Shown piece after piece: positions 9,105 through 18,941 of a stretch of DNA of 64,000 bases. How positions within the stretch are numbered: position 1 is the stretch's first letter; every line of letters begins with the position of its first letter. Under the pieces are notes generated by a model. That model was not told where the DNA came from. It searched no databases and saw only the letters and a list, made by a program, of their open reading frames with translations. Made by a program: the position numbers and the translations under genes. The stretch is from an uncultured Verrucomicrobiae bacterium (GTDB lineage: Bacteria > Verrucomicrobiota > Verrucomicrobiia > Limisphaerales > Palsa-1400). The DNA lies in assembly GCA_963707025.1 (NCBI GenBank), contig CAVPOM010000006.1, positions 704,001-768,000 of the forward strand. Direction: 5' to 3'.

Positions 9105-10733
9105 ATGAGAGGCCTTCCGCGCTTGACATTCCACCGATATTCAGGAATTGCAAAGAATGTGAAGACGCTCTTGTTTGACGGCGTGGCCGGCCTGCTGGCG
9201 GCGGGGTGCCTGGCCGCGCACGCCCAGAGCGTGCCCCATCTGAGCATCACCCAGCCGGGAGGAATGCCCGGGTTGCCGGTGGTGACCGGAGTGGCGCGGG
9301 CGACCAACGGCCTGAGCGTCACCTGGGACGGCCCCTCCGGCTATTACCAACTGTTTGAAAGCGGCAGCTTGACCAACGCCAAGTGGCAGGCCGTGGGAAA
9401 AGACACCAATTTGAACCGACAAGCGACCGTCAGCATAATTTCATCCAACGAGTTCTTTCGCGTCTCGGGCCCGCCGCCCCAATACGCGGGATGGCAGGAA
9501 TGCGCGGGATGCCATTCGCCCATCTTCAACACGGTGGCGCATACCGCGCATCCGTCGGCCTTCACCAACGCGGAGTTTGTCACCGCCGGCGGCCAAAGCA
9601 ACGTCTCCTGTCTGCCCTGCCACACCGTCGGTGCCGGCTTGCCCACGGGATTCACCAGCCTGGCCAAAACTCCCAAACTGGCGGGCGTGCAATGCGAGAA
9701 TTGCCACGGGCCGGCCGGCTATCACGCCGCCAATCCCGAAGATCCAACCCTGGTGCCGCGCGTCGAAGTCGCGGCCACCGCCTGCGGCGGCTGCCATGCC
9801 CGGAGGTATGGGGAATGGGGAACCAGCCAACACGCGGTGGTGATCTCCAATCTGAACGCCAGCACACAGATTGACAACTGCGGACGTTGTCACTCCGGCA
9901 CGGCGCGCTTGAGCCTGATCCAGGGCCTGGCGCCGCTCGCAGGCGACACCGGCTTGGGAATCCAGTGCATCAACTGCCATGACCCGCATCAGACCAACGG
10001 CTACGCGGCGCAACTCCGCTATCCTTTGTCCTCGACCAACGACTATTTCATGCCCACCAACGGCGTGTTCACCAATTACTACAATGCCAGCATCAACGTG
10101 TGCGGCCAGTGCCACAATGATGCCGGGGCCTCGTGGACCAATTCCGCCGCCCCGCCGCATCTCTCGCCGCAATACAACCTGCTGTTGGGAACCGTGGGCG
10201 AACTGGACCCGCCGCTGGCGCATTTCCCGGCCTCCCATGCCACCAAGCTGACCAACCAATGCGTGGCCTGCCACATGCAAACGACGCCTTTCGTCAGCCA
10301 GGCGGCGCCTGGCGACGGCGGCCACAAGTTCACGGTGGACAGTTATGTGGTGTGCGCCGGTTGTCATGGGACCCTCGCCACAGTGCCGCAATTTATGCAG
10401 CAGGTGCAACAATTTCGGAAGGGCAATGCACTTTATCTTCAAGAGTTGACGCTGGATTTGGCTTACTGGGCGACCAACAGCGCCCCCGCGGCGCTGCGGA
10501 GCAAATACGGAACCAATGCGTGGGAATACACCGCGCCCGGCGGGTTGTCACCCGGCGCCCTTGCCGGACCAAACGCGGCCGAGCAGGCGTCAATACCCGC
10601 CAACATTCAAAGGGCGCGGTTTAATATTTACATTGTGTTCAGCGACCAAAGCCTGGGTGTCCACAACCCCGATTATGTGCTGAATCTCCTCGATCAGGCG
10701 GAAATGTGGATCGCCGACGAGCTGGCCCCGTAG
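9105..10733 (+). CDS. Secreted nonaheme c-type cytochrome, paralogue of 5711-8077; true start may be GTG 9159
   Basis: Signal peptide (...LAAHA), 9 CXXCH motifs, shared QCENCHGPA and DQSLGVHN motifs. Confidence 0.88.
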   Translation: MRGLPRLTFHRYSGIAKNVKTLLFDGVAGLLAAGCLAAHAQSVPHLSITQPGGMPGLPVVTGVARATNGLSVTWDGPSGYYQLFESGSLTNAKWQAVGKDTNLNRQATVSIISSNEFFRVSGPPPQYAGWQECAGCHSPIFNTVAHTAHPSAFTNAEFVTAGGQSNVSCLPCHTVGAGLPTGFTSLAKTPKLAGVQCENCHGPAGYHAANPEDPTLVPRVEVAATACGGCHARRYGEWGTSQHAVVISNLNASTQIDNCGRCHSGTARLSLIQGLAPLAGDTGLGIQCINCHDPHQTNGYAAQLRYPLSSTNDYFMPTNGVFTNYYNASINVCGQCHNDAGASWTNSAAPPHLSPQYNLLLGTVGELDPPLAHFPASHATKLTNQCVACHMQTTPFVSQAAPGDGGHKFTVDSYVVCAGCHGTLATVPQFMQQVQQFRKGNALYLQELTLDLAYWATNSAPAALRSKYGTNAWEYTAPGGLSPGALAGPNAAEQASIPANIQRARFNIYIVFSDQSLGVHNPDYVLNLLDQAEMWIADELAP

Positions 10734-10745
10734 CACATCGAGTTT

Positions 10746-11606
10746 ATGATAAAACGCAACCTCAGCATCCTCGCCCGGCAGGCCGAACGGCACGCCCGGG
10801 CATTGGCGCTGATGGCCGCCGCGCTGGTCCTGGCGCTGGCGGCGATCTCATGCGGCACGGTCAGCCGTTCGGTGGTGTTGCTGCCCAATGTTCCCGGCGC
10901 GAAGTACATCGGCTCCAAGGAATGCGAACAGTGTCACGACGAGCTTTACAAGGATTTTGCCACCGCGGACCACGCCCGGTTGATGGCGCCCGGAACCAAC
11001 GCCCTTAATGCCGGCTGCGAATCATGTCACGGGCCCTGCAGTGTTCACGCCGAATCCGGCGGCGAGACCCTGCCTCCCTACACCTTTAAACCAGGACGCC
11101 CGGCAACGGGCAGCTTCGGGGCGCGCCTGGCCGAAGCGCCCGCGCGCTCCACCGGGACGATGTGTTTTCAATGCCACGCCGACGTGCGCGGCGCGTTCTC
11201 CCTGCCCAGCCATCATCAGGTGCCGGAAGGCAAGCTTTCCTGCACCGACTGCCATTCGCCGCACAAGGGTTCCATTCATCTTGGCGGGGGAACTTCGATC
11301 CTGTCCGAAAATGAAACGTGCCTGCGGTGCCACGCCGCGCAGCGCGGGCCTTATGTCTTCGAGCACGAGGCCATCCGGGAAGGCTGCACCATCTGCCACG
11401 TCCCCCACGGCTCGGTCAATGCAAAATTATTGACAGTCCGCGACGCCAACCTCTGTTTGAAGTGCCACTTTCAACAGCAGACCGCGGGCGGGATAATGAT
11501 CGGCGGTTCCGATCACACCACCCGCGTCCAGCAAGGCACCTGCTGGACGGCGGGATGCCACGAGGCGGTGCATGGTTCGCGCGTCAGCCCTGCCCTGCGA
11601 TTCTGA
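10746..11606 (+). CDS. DmsE/MtrA-like multiheme cytochrome c lipoprotein (7 CXXCH + 1 CX4CH)
   Basis: Lipobox-like LAAISC, FSLPSHHQVPEGKLSCTDCHSPH, QRGPYVFEH, terminal CWTAGCHEAVHGS; directly upstream of a porin. Confidence 0.85.
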   Translation: MIKRNLSILARQAERHARALALMAAALVLALAAISCGTVSRSVVLLPNVPGAKYIGSKECEQCHDELYKDFATADHARLMAPGTNALNAGCESCHGPCSVHAESGGETLPPYTFKPGRPATGSFGARLAEAPARSTGTMCFQCHADVRGAFSLPSHHQVPEGKLSCTDCHSPHKGSIHLGGGTSILSENETCLRCHAAQRGPYVFEHEAIREGCTICHVPHGSVNAKLLTVRDANLCLKCHFQQQTAGGIMIGGSDHTTRVQQGTCWTAGCHEAVHGSRVSPALRF

Positions 11607-11618
11607 CCCAGGAAACCC

Positions 11619-13743
11619 ATGCCCATCAAATCACCGCGCGCATTCCGCAAGGCGCCCCTCCGCTGGTGCCGGGCATGGCTGCTGGGCCTTTGCGCCGCGG
11701 GCGGCGGTCTTTGCGCGGCCGACACCAATGCCCCGCCGGCCATGACCCCGGAGCAGATGTTCGAGGGCGGCACCAACGCCTACAGCAACTGGATTGATTT
11801 CACGGCGGGTCAGGCCTTTGTCAGCGGCAACAGCGCGCAATTTCAGCAGCAGCATCAAATCCCCGCTGGAACGTTTGGCGGCATCGGCGATTTCCATTTC
11901 CAAACCGGCATCGCCACCAACACCACGATGACCCTGGACGGCCATGCCATCGCGGAGAACCACGACTACCAGCTCACTCTCGGCGTCCAGCGCGAGAAGG
12001 TCGGCTTCTTGCGCCTGTCCTACGAGCAATCGCGCACCTGGTCCGACGGGGACGGCGGGTTTTTCCCGGGATCAGGACAATACTACCCGGCGGCGGACAA
12101 TCCGCTCGGGCTGGATCGCGGCAAGTTGTCCCTGGAAGGCGGATGGACGCCGGAAACGGGGCCGAAAGGTGACCTTTAAATACACGCACTCGTTCCGCGA
12201 CGGCGCCGAAGGCTCCACCGAGTGGGGCTACGCCCATGAGCCGGGCATCCCTTATGCGCAGGGACTCAGCCCGACCTTGGAGCAGAACCACGAGCACAGC
12301 GACAGCTTTCAAGTGGACGTGGCCAATCACATCAAGGCCACGGATGTCGGCCTGGGCCTCCGTTATGAGACCGGACATCTGGATGATGCGATCAAAATAA
12401 CCGAGTACCCGGGCGAGCCGGTCCAGCAGAAGATCACCGACCGCCAGGGCACGAGCTACGACCTGTTCAGTGTCCACAGCTTCACCGAGACATGGGTCAG
12501 GACCAATGTCATGTTCTCCACCGGGTTCTCCTATTCCGGCGTGGGCAACGACTTTTCCGCCAGCCGGATATACGGCAATGACTTCAACGTCGGTTACGTC
12601 CCCAATGCCAACAGCGATTTCGGCTACTACGGACTGACCGGCACATCGCGTTTGCACGATTATGTATTTGACCTGAACCTGTTCTACAAACCGTCGCCCC
12701 ATTTCACGCTCGTCCCTTCTCTGCGGGTGGATCGGGAAGATTGGAACGCGAGCAGCAGCGGTCTTGAAACCTTTGAGTTGAACACGCCCGTGCCCTTCAC
12801 CACCGACAGCTCCCGCGGCCTGATTGATCTGCGCGAGCGGCTGGACCTGAATTACAACGGCCTGACCAATTGGGCCTTCTATGGACGCGGCGATTTCACC
12901 GAGGGCGACGGGAACTTGAACCAGAACGGCGGGTTGATCCCGGTGGCCGGCTACGGAATTCCAGGCGTGGAGGAGCAGACCGATGACCGCCGCTTCTTCC
13001 AAAAATACAGCGCGGGCGCCCGCTGGTATCCCTCGCGCGGCGTCACGCTGGACGTCGGCGGTTATTACAAAATCAACCACTACCACTATGGCATCGGCCT
13101 GGACAGCACAACCAACAGCCCCGGCAGCCCGAACGAATATCCCAATTTTCTGGCCATGCAGGATTTCGAGACCTATGACGCCAATTGCCGGCTGACCTTG
13201 AGGCCGTGGCAGAACGTGACCGCCATCAGCCGCTACGAGTTCCAACTATCCACCATTCACACCGAGCCGGACCCGGCCTCGGGCCTCTCCGAGGTCGAAG
13301 CATCGCGCATGACCAGCCATATCATCGCCCAGGATGTCAGTTGGATCCCGTGGAGCCGCCTCTCCCTCCAAGCCGGCTTGAACTACGTTTTGAGCGACAC
13401 CCACACGCCGGCCTCCGACCTCACCCAGGCCATCCTCACCGCGCAAAACAACTATTGGACGGTCAACTTTTCCTCGGGCCTGGTGCTGGATGACAAGACC
13501 GACCTCAACCTCAGCTACCTCTACTACCTTTCCGGCGATTACAGCAACAATTCCCCGCTGGGGGTGCCCTACGGCGCCGGCAGCGAGGAGCACGCCCTGA
13601 CGGCGACCTTGACCCGGCGCCTCAGCCAAAGCCTTCGTCTGGCCCTCAGGTATGGCTATTTCCGCTACAACGACGCGGCCTTTGGCGCAAACCGGGATTT
13701 CGGGGCGAACCTCATTTCCGCGAGCCTGCGCTACCGGTTTTGA
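11619..13743 (+). CDS. MtrB/PioB-like outer-membrane beta-barrel porin; one frameshift at ~12165-12168, probably an error
   Basis: ORFs 11619-12179 and 11944-13743 join at ccgaaaggtg (one extra base). Signal peptide, amphipathic beta-strands, C-terminal SASLRYRF beta-signal. Confidence 0.8.
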
Positions 13744-13905
13744 ACGGCTTCTCTAAAAATGTCATGCGAGGCGCAAAAAATGGCCAGCAAAACACAATTC
13801 ACGTTGAGCAAAGAATGGCCGGCAAAGCCATCTTGAACACGATGAAACACAAATAGGCCCGCCCAACGCGGGCCTGACCGAAAACAAAACGACAAAATAA
13901 ATGCC

Positions 13906-14235
13906 ATGAAAATGAAAAAAATGCTCCTTACTTCCCTGGCCCTCGCGGCCACCACGGCGGCCGTGTCGGCTGCCGACGCTGCGGCGACTTGGGACAAGCA
14001 ATGCAAGGCCTGCCACGGCGTTGACGGAAAGGGCCAGACGGCGATGGGCAAGAAACTGGGTTTGAAGGATTTCACTGATGCCAAGTTCCAGGCCACTTTC
14101 ACCGATGTCCAGGCCACCAAGGCCATCAAGGAAGGCGTCAAGGACGGCGACAAGACCAAGATGAAAGCCGCCGAAGACGTGACCGACGCCGACATCAAGG
14201 CGCTCGTCGCCATGGTTCGCGCATTCAAGAAATAG
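13906..14235 (+). CDS. Periplasmic monoheme class I cytochrome c
   Basis: Signal peptide, CKACH, distal Met in KMKA, Lys-rich. Confidence 0.9.
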   Translation: MKMKKMLLTSLALAATTAAVSAADAAATWDKQCKACHGVDGKGQTAMGKKLGLKDFTDAKFQATFTDVQATKAIKEGVKDGDKTKMKAAEDVTDADIKALVAMVRAFKK

Positions 14236-14345
14236 CCAGAACTGCGTCCGGACGGATACTGGCGGGTGTCCTGCCAGCTCCGTCCCCGTGGTCCTCCCCG
14301 GGGCCGGCGGGAAGCCAGGCCGGACTTTCACGGCCGTCGCCTCCC

Positions 14346-15768
14346 ATGGAAGCCTCCGGCCCGGGTTGCACCACAAACCGCCTGATGACAGCCAACGCGA
14401 AATCCGGAATCACCGTCGCAGTGATGTGTGCCGCCTTCTCCGCGCTGGCGCTGGCCTTTTTGTCGGATTCGGGCGGAACGCACCTCAACCGCCCCGCCAT
14501 TGCCCTGGTGGACACCAATTTCCTGGACACCTCAACCACCCGGCGGTCCTACGCGGACTTGGTTCGGGCGGGAGCGGACCTGTCGGATTTTGACTGCTAT
14601 GTTTGTCACGATAAGAAGGCCCCCCCGCCATTGCGCCTGGACGCCCACCAGAACATCATCGTCGCCACGGAGCATGTCGGTCCCACGACGTTTGCAGCGG
14701 ATGACCTGGGCACCAACGATTTGGCCGGGATCATCAAGCGATTAAGGGGGCACTCCGATCCAGTATCCGCTTTGCTGTGGCAGGGTTTGTCAAACTCGGA
14801 GCAATTACTGCTGGTGAATTACCAGCCTGCGGAACCCAGTTCCAAGCCGGCTCAAGATTTGGTGGTGGCAGCTCTTAACAAGATCATTGCAGGACCGTGT
14901 CTTTACGAGCGCGAACGATTCAAAGGGATCTTGTTGGGAGCGGAAACGATCGTCCATCTGGCGCAAAGCCGGACAGGCCCCAACCTGGCCCATCTCAACC
15001 GCCTGCTTCTGGAAGACGCCTTTCCACTGGAATTGTCCAGGAACCGGCATGCCGACATTGTGATGGGGCACGGAGAGCACGGCCGCAACAACAATTGCTT
15101 TAACTGCCACAACGAAACCAATCTCCTCCTGCTCCAGCCCAGGGACGGGCGGGAGTTGACCTTCGCCCAAAGCACCCAATTGTGCGGCAGTTGTCACGGG
15201 CCGACCAAGGCCGACTGGGACGCGGGCGCGCATGGCCGCACCAGCGGGGATTGGGATCGTCACTCCGGGCGCCAAGGGGTACGCTGCCTTTTCAGTTGAT
15301 GAAATCAAGGATTGGCCGGGTTTCGCAAAGAAGTTGAAGGACCATTCCGATGCGGTCTCCGCTTTTCTCTGGCAGAGATTGTCCAACCAGGACCAGGAAC
15401 TGCTGAAGAGCGACCGGCCGTCAGGGCCAGGCTCCAATCCAGCTCAAGTTGCCGTGGTTCAAGTCCTGAACAAGATCATCGGAGAACCGAGTATTGACCA
15501 GGACAAGCGGTTCCAAGGCATTTTGTTGCGTCCCGAAACAACCGACCTGAGGAAAGGATCTCCGGCTGGACCCGGCTTGAGCCGCCTCAACCGGTTGCTT
15601 CTCGAAGACGCGTATCCGCTGGAATTGTCCAGGGACATGGAACGCAAGGACTGCGTGAACTGCCACAACCCTCATTACCCCCACTTTCCTTCGCGAAAGC
15701 CCGCCCCCGGCCCGCACCCATTGAGGGAGATTGACACGGCCGCCGTGGCGCAGACCGGCCAGGAATGA
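14346..15768 (+). CDS. Membrane-anchored tetraheme cytochrome c with two ~120-aa inserted domains; frameshift at ~15267-15270
   Basis: CYVCH, CFNCH, CGSCH in ORF 14346-15299 and CVNCH in ORF 15232-15768; frames join at tccgggcgcc. Confidence 0.75.
14676..15636 (+). repeat. Two diverged copies of an in-frame protein-coding insert (~14676-15050 and ~15271-15636)
   Basis: Both copies read HSD.VSA.LWQ.LSN...LNKII..P...RF.GILL..ET...LNRLLLEDA[FY]PLELSR. Confidence 0.85.
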
Positions 15769-15769
15769 T

Positions 15770-16729
15770 ATGGACAAACCACCCTCATCTCCAGCCAGGA
15801 ATCCGGGGCCCCCGGCCAACGTGATGGGGCGGCGCAGCTTCCTGCGCACCTCCGCCGTGCTGACGACGGGGTTGGCCGCGCTGGCCGCCAGCCTGAAGCC
15901 GCTGCTGGAGATGAACGATTTTCCCACCATGGAGCGGTTCCTGCAAAAGTATTACAAGGAGATGACGCCGCAGGACATGGCCAAAGTTTTGAAGCGGATC
16001 GAGGACGAAGTGGAAGAGCAGTATCACTTGCGCCCCCATGTGCGGGATTTGAAGCCCATGGACGGGGTTGATTTCGTCTATTGCCTGAACTTGACCCGGT
16101 GCATCGGCTGCCGCAAATGCGTCCACGCCTGCGTGGCGGAGAACAACCAGTCGCGCGATCCCGAAATCCAATACATCCGCGTTCTGCGGCTGCCGGACGG
16201 CTCGCTGGATATTGACAAAGCCGACCACTTCTACGCGCCGGATTCGGTGCCGGAGAAGGGCTACTTTTACATGCCGGTGCAGTGCCAGCAATGCAGGAAT
16301 CCGCCCTGCGTCAAAGTTTGCCCGGTGCATGCGACGTGGCAGGAAGCCGACGGCATCACCGTGATAGATTACGACTGGTGCATTGGCTGTCGCTATTGCG
16401 AAGCGGCCTGCCCGTATTGGGCGCGGCGCTTTAACTTCACCAAGCCGTCCACCCTGCCCAAGGAACGCCTCAACCTCGATATGTCTTATCTGGGCAACCG
16501 CCCGCGGCGCCAGGGGGTCATGGAGAAATGCCACTTCTGCATCCAGCGCACGCGCGTCGGCCGCTATCCGGCCTGCGTGGAGGTCTGCCCCGCCGGCGCC
16601 CGCAAGTTCGGCAACATTCTCGACCCGGCCAGCGAGGTCTCCTACATCCTGAGAAGCAAACGTGTTTTTATTCAGCTCAAGGAGGAAATGGGCACCGCGC
16701 CGCGCTTCTTTTACTACTTCGACGTATGA
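15770..16729 (+). CDS. Tat-exported 4x[4Fe-4S] protein (NrfC/DsrO/CbcT family)
   Basis: GRRSFL Tat motif; CIGCRKCVHAC, CQQCRNPPCVKVCP, CIGCRYCEAACP, CHFC...PACVEVCP. Confidence 0.9.
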   Translation: MDKPPSSPARNPGPPANVMGRRSFLRTSAVLTTGLAALAASLKPLLEMNDFPTMERFLQKYYKEMTPQDMAKVLKRIEDEVEEQYHLRPHVRDLKPMDGVDFVYCLNLTRCIGCRKCVHACVAENNQSRDPEIQYIRVLRLPDGSLDIDKADHFYAPDSVPEKGYFYMPVQCQQCRNPPCVKVCPVHATWQEADGITVIDYDWCIGCRYCEAACPYWARRFNFTKPSTLPKERLNLDMSYLGNRPRRQGVMEKCHFCIQRTRVGRYPACVEVCPAGARKFGNILDPASEVSYILRSKRVFIQLKEEMGTAPRFFYYFDV

Positions 16730-18465
16730 GGCGCGCCACTCGGAACTATTTTGTTTTTCTGCGGCGTTGCGCGGGCCTGGCCTTGGAGGGCGACTGGCGT
16801 TACTACGCGTGGATGGGCCTGCTCATCGTGTTCTGCCTGCTCGGCCTCAACGCTTATTGCCGGCAGTTTGCGCATGGCCTGATCGTCACCGGGATGAGCG
16901 ACGAAGTTTCCTGGGGCGTTTACATTGCCAACTTCACTTTCCTGGTCGGGGTGGCGGCGGCGGCCGTCATGATGGTCATCCCCGTTTATATCTATAAGAA
17001 CGAGGACCTGCATGACTTGGTCATCTTCGGAGAACTGCTCGCCGTGGCGGCGATCCTGATGTGCCTGGCCTTTGTCACCGTTGACCTGGGGCGGCCGGAT
17101 CGCTTCTGGCATCTGATCCCTGGAATCGGGCAATTCAACTTTCCCAAATCCATGCTCAGTTGGGACGTCCTGGTGCTCAACGGCTATCTCTTGCTCAACG
17201 TCCACATTTGCGGCTATCTGCTCTACTGTCGCTATCGCAAGGTTAAACCGGCCAAATGGTTTTACATTCCGTTTGTGTTCATCGCCATCGTCTGGGCTGT
17301 CTCCATCCACACCGTCACCGCCTTTCTCTATGTGGGTCTGGGCGGGCGGCCATTTTGGAATTCTTCCATCGTTGGACCCCGTTTCCTGGCCTCCGCCTTT
17401 ACCGCGGGTCCGGCTCTGATCATCCTGGCCATGCAGGTCGTGCGCCGCGTCACCTCTTCCTCTTACATGGCCGCCAGCCCGCCCGGCGAGGGCAGCGGTC
17501 CCATGCCGCAACCCAAACGCCGCGCCGCCACCATCGCCGACTTCGCTCTGCTGTGCCGCCATCTTCCCGAAATGGCCTCGGTGCCGGGCGAGGCCGGCCA
17601 GCGGGCTTTGGCGACGGCGGAAGTCCTGGAGGCCCAGCCTGGCGATGCGGTTTTGCGCCAGGGAGAAACGGAGGCTCGGGCCTTCTTTATCCTGCGCGGC
17701 ACGGTGGTGGTGATACGTCAGGAAGCCGGGCGTTTTCGGGTCACGCGCACGGCAGGACCGGGGGAACAGGTGGGAGAGGTTTCGGCTCTCCATGCCACCC
17801 CGCGCATGGCCAGCGCCATCGCCGAAGAACCCAGCCTGGTCTTGAGCTTCACCGCCGATGCCTTGCGCCTGCTCATGGAATCCACCCAGGTCAACAAGAT
17901 CGTCCGGTCCAGAATGTCCGAGCGGCTCCTCATCACCGATCGCGCCCTCATGACCCTGCGCAGCATCGTGCAGGTTTCCATGCTCATCAACGTCTTCTTG
18001 CTCGTCAACGAAGTCTTCAAGGAATTCTATTCGGGCAACCTGCATGACGAGTCCTCCAAATACCTCTTTGTCGGCCTGGACGGCCATCACGCCCTGGTGC
18101 CCTGGATTTGGACCGCCATCGCCTTCAACCTGACGGCCATGGTCCTGCTGGTCCTGCCGGTCAGCCGCAGCCTCAAATGGCTCAACCTGACCTGCGTCCT
18201 TTGTATTGTGGGCATCTGGATCGAAAAAGGCATGGGCTTGGTCATCCCCGGCTTCATCCCGACGCCCCTGGGCGAAATGATGGAATACCGGCCTTCCCTC
18301 AACGAGACCCTGGTTTGCTTTGGCATCTGGGCCTTCGGACTGCTCTGCTACACGGTTTTCCTCCGCATGTCCGTGCCCATTCTCCAGGGACGATTGTCCA
18401 GGGAGAACGAAGGCGCGCCGAGCCGGTCCATTCGGGCCGCCGTCCCCGCCTCCCCTCAGGGCTGA
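16726..18465 (+). CDS. NrfD/PsrC/DsrP-family quinol-interacting membrane protein with an inserted cNMP-binding domain
   Basis: TGMSDEVSWGVYIANFTF, VDLGRPDRFW, SIHTVTAFL; insert QGE...FFILRGTV...GEVSAL...PRMASA. Confidence 0.88.
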   Translation: MRRATRNYFVFLRRCAGLALEGDWRYYAWMGLLIVFCLLGLNAYCRQFAHGLIVTGMSDEVSWGVYIANFTFLVGVAAAAVMMVIPVYIYKNEDLHDLVIFGELLAVAAILMCLAFVTVDLGRPDRFWHLIPGIGQFNFPKSMLSWDVLVLNGYLLLNVHICGYLLYCRYRKVKPAKWFYIPFVFIAIVWAVSIHTVTAFLYVGLGGRPFWNSSIVGPRFLASAFTAGPALIILAMQVVRRVTSSSYMAASPPGEGSGPMPQPKRRAATIADFALLCRHLPEMASVPGEAGQRALATAEVLEAQPGDAVLRQGETEARAFFILRGTVVVIRQEAGRFRVTRTAGPGEQVGEVSALHATPRMASAIAEEPSLVLSFTADALRLLMESTQVNKIVRSRMSERLLITDRALMTLRSIVQVSMLINVFLLVNEVFKEFYSGNLHDESSKYLFVGLDGHHALVPWIWTAIAFNLTAMVLLVLPVSRSLKWLNLTCVLCIVGIWIEKGMGLVIPGFIPTPLGEMMEYRPSLNETLVCFGIWAFGLLCYTVFLRMSVPILQGRLSRENEGAPSRSIRAAVPASPQG

Positions 18466-18476
18466 CCACCGCTCCG

Positions 18477-18917
18477 ATGTCAAGAAGACTTACAGCCGAT
18501 GACGCCAGGCAATCGTTGAGCGCCCATGTCGCGGGCAGAGGCGCCGAAATATTTGAAAAATATGGACCGCGCATCGGCTGGAACGAGTTGCTGCGCATTC
18601 TGGAAGACCGCGCCTGCGTCCGCTACCCCTGCAAGGCCGCCTTCGACGCCGCCCCGCTGCAACCGGGAGAGTGCGCCTATGCCAGGGCAAATAGCGTCCA
18701 GCCCGAAGACGGATTTGTGATTTACATCCATCCTCTCTTCATGACGCAGATGGACCGGGTGGCGCACCTGGCGCTCTATCAGTTGGCCGTTGTCAACTAT
18801 GGGGAGTTCGCGTCCCCGGATGACGCGGAGGCTTTTGGCGCGGCCGCCCTGGGCATTTCCCGGGAACAGTACTATCAGGGCCTTTGTCAAATGGCCGGTT
18901 TGCTCGAAGAACAGTAA
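18477..18917 (+). CDS. Hypothetical protein (146 aa)
   Basis: ATG 11 nt after the nrfD stop; ordinary globular composition. Confidence 0.6.
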   Translation: MSRRLTADDARQSLSAHVAGRGAEIFEKYGPRIGWNELLRILEDRACVRYPCKAAFDAAPLQPGECAYARANSVQPEDGFVIYIHPLFMTQMDRVAHLALYQLAVVNYGEFASPDDAEAFGAAALGISREQYYQGLCQMAGLLEEQ

Positions 18918-18941
18918 CGCCCTGATTCGAAGTGTCTTTAT

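Noticed and set aside
5711..10733. NrfA nitrite reductase or hydroxylamine oxidoreductase
   Set aside because: They share the GVHN-type C-terminal motif, but have nine CXXCH and no CXXCK catalytic heme, and the context is a porin-cytochrome cluster.
14676..15636. Inteins in the tetraheme cytochrome
   Set aside because: No N-terminal Cys/Ser, no C-terminal His-Asn followed by Cys/Ser/Thr, and the inserts look helical rather than Hint-like.
14346..18465. Dissimilatory sulfur metabolism (DsrJOP) or alternative complex III
   Set aside because: No dsrMK or dsrAB, and no ActB molybdopterin-like, ActD, ActE or ActF genes in the window; only family-level similarity.
16714..18483. 589-aa minus-strand ORF and similar long antisense ORFs (e.g. 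11974-13245, 35643-37343, 60219-61868)
   Set aside because: Shadow ORFs opposite well-supported genes in high-GC DNA, with no recognisable motifs.
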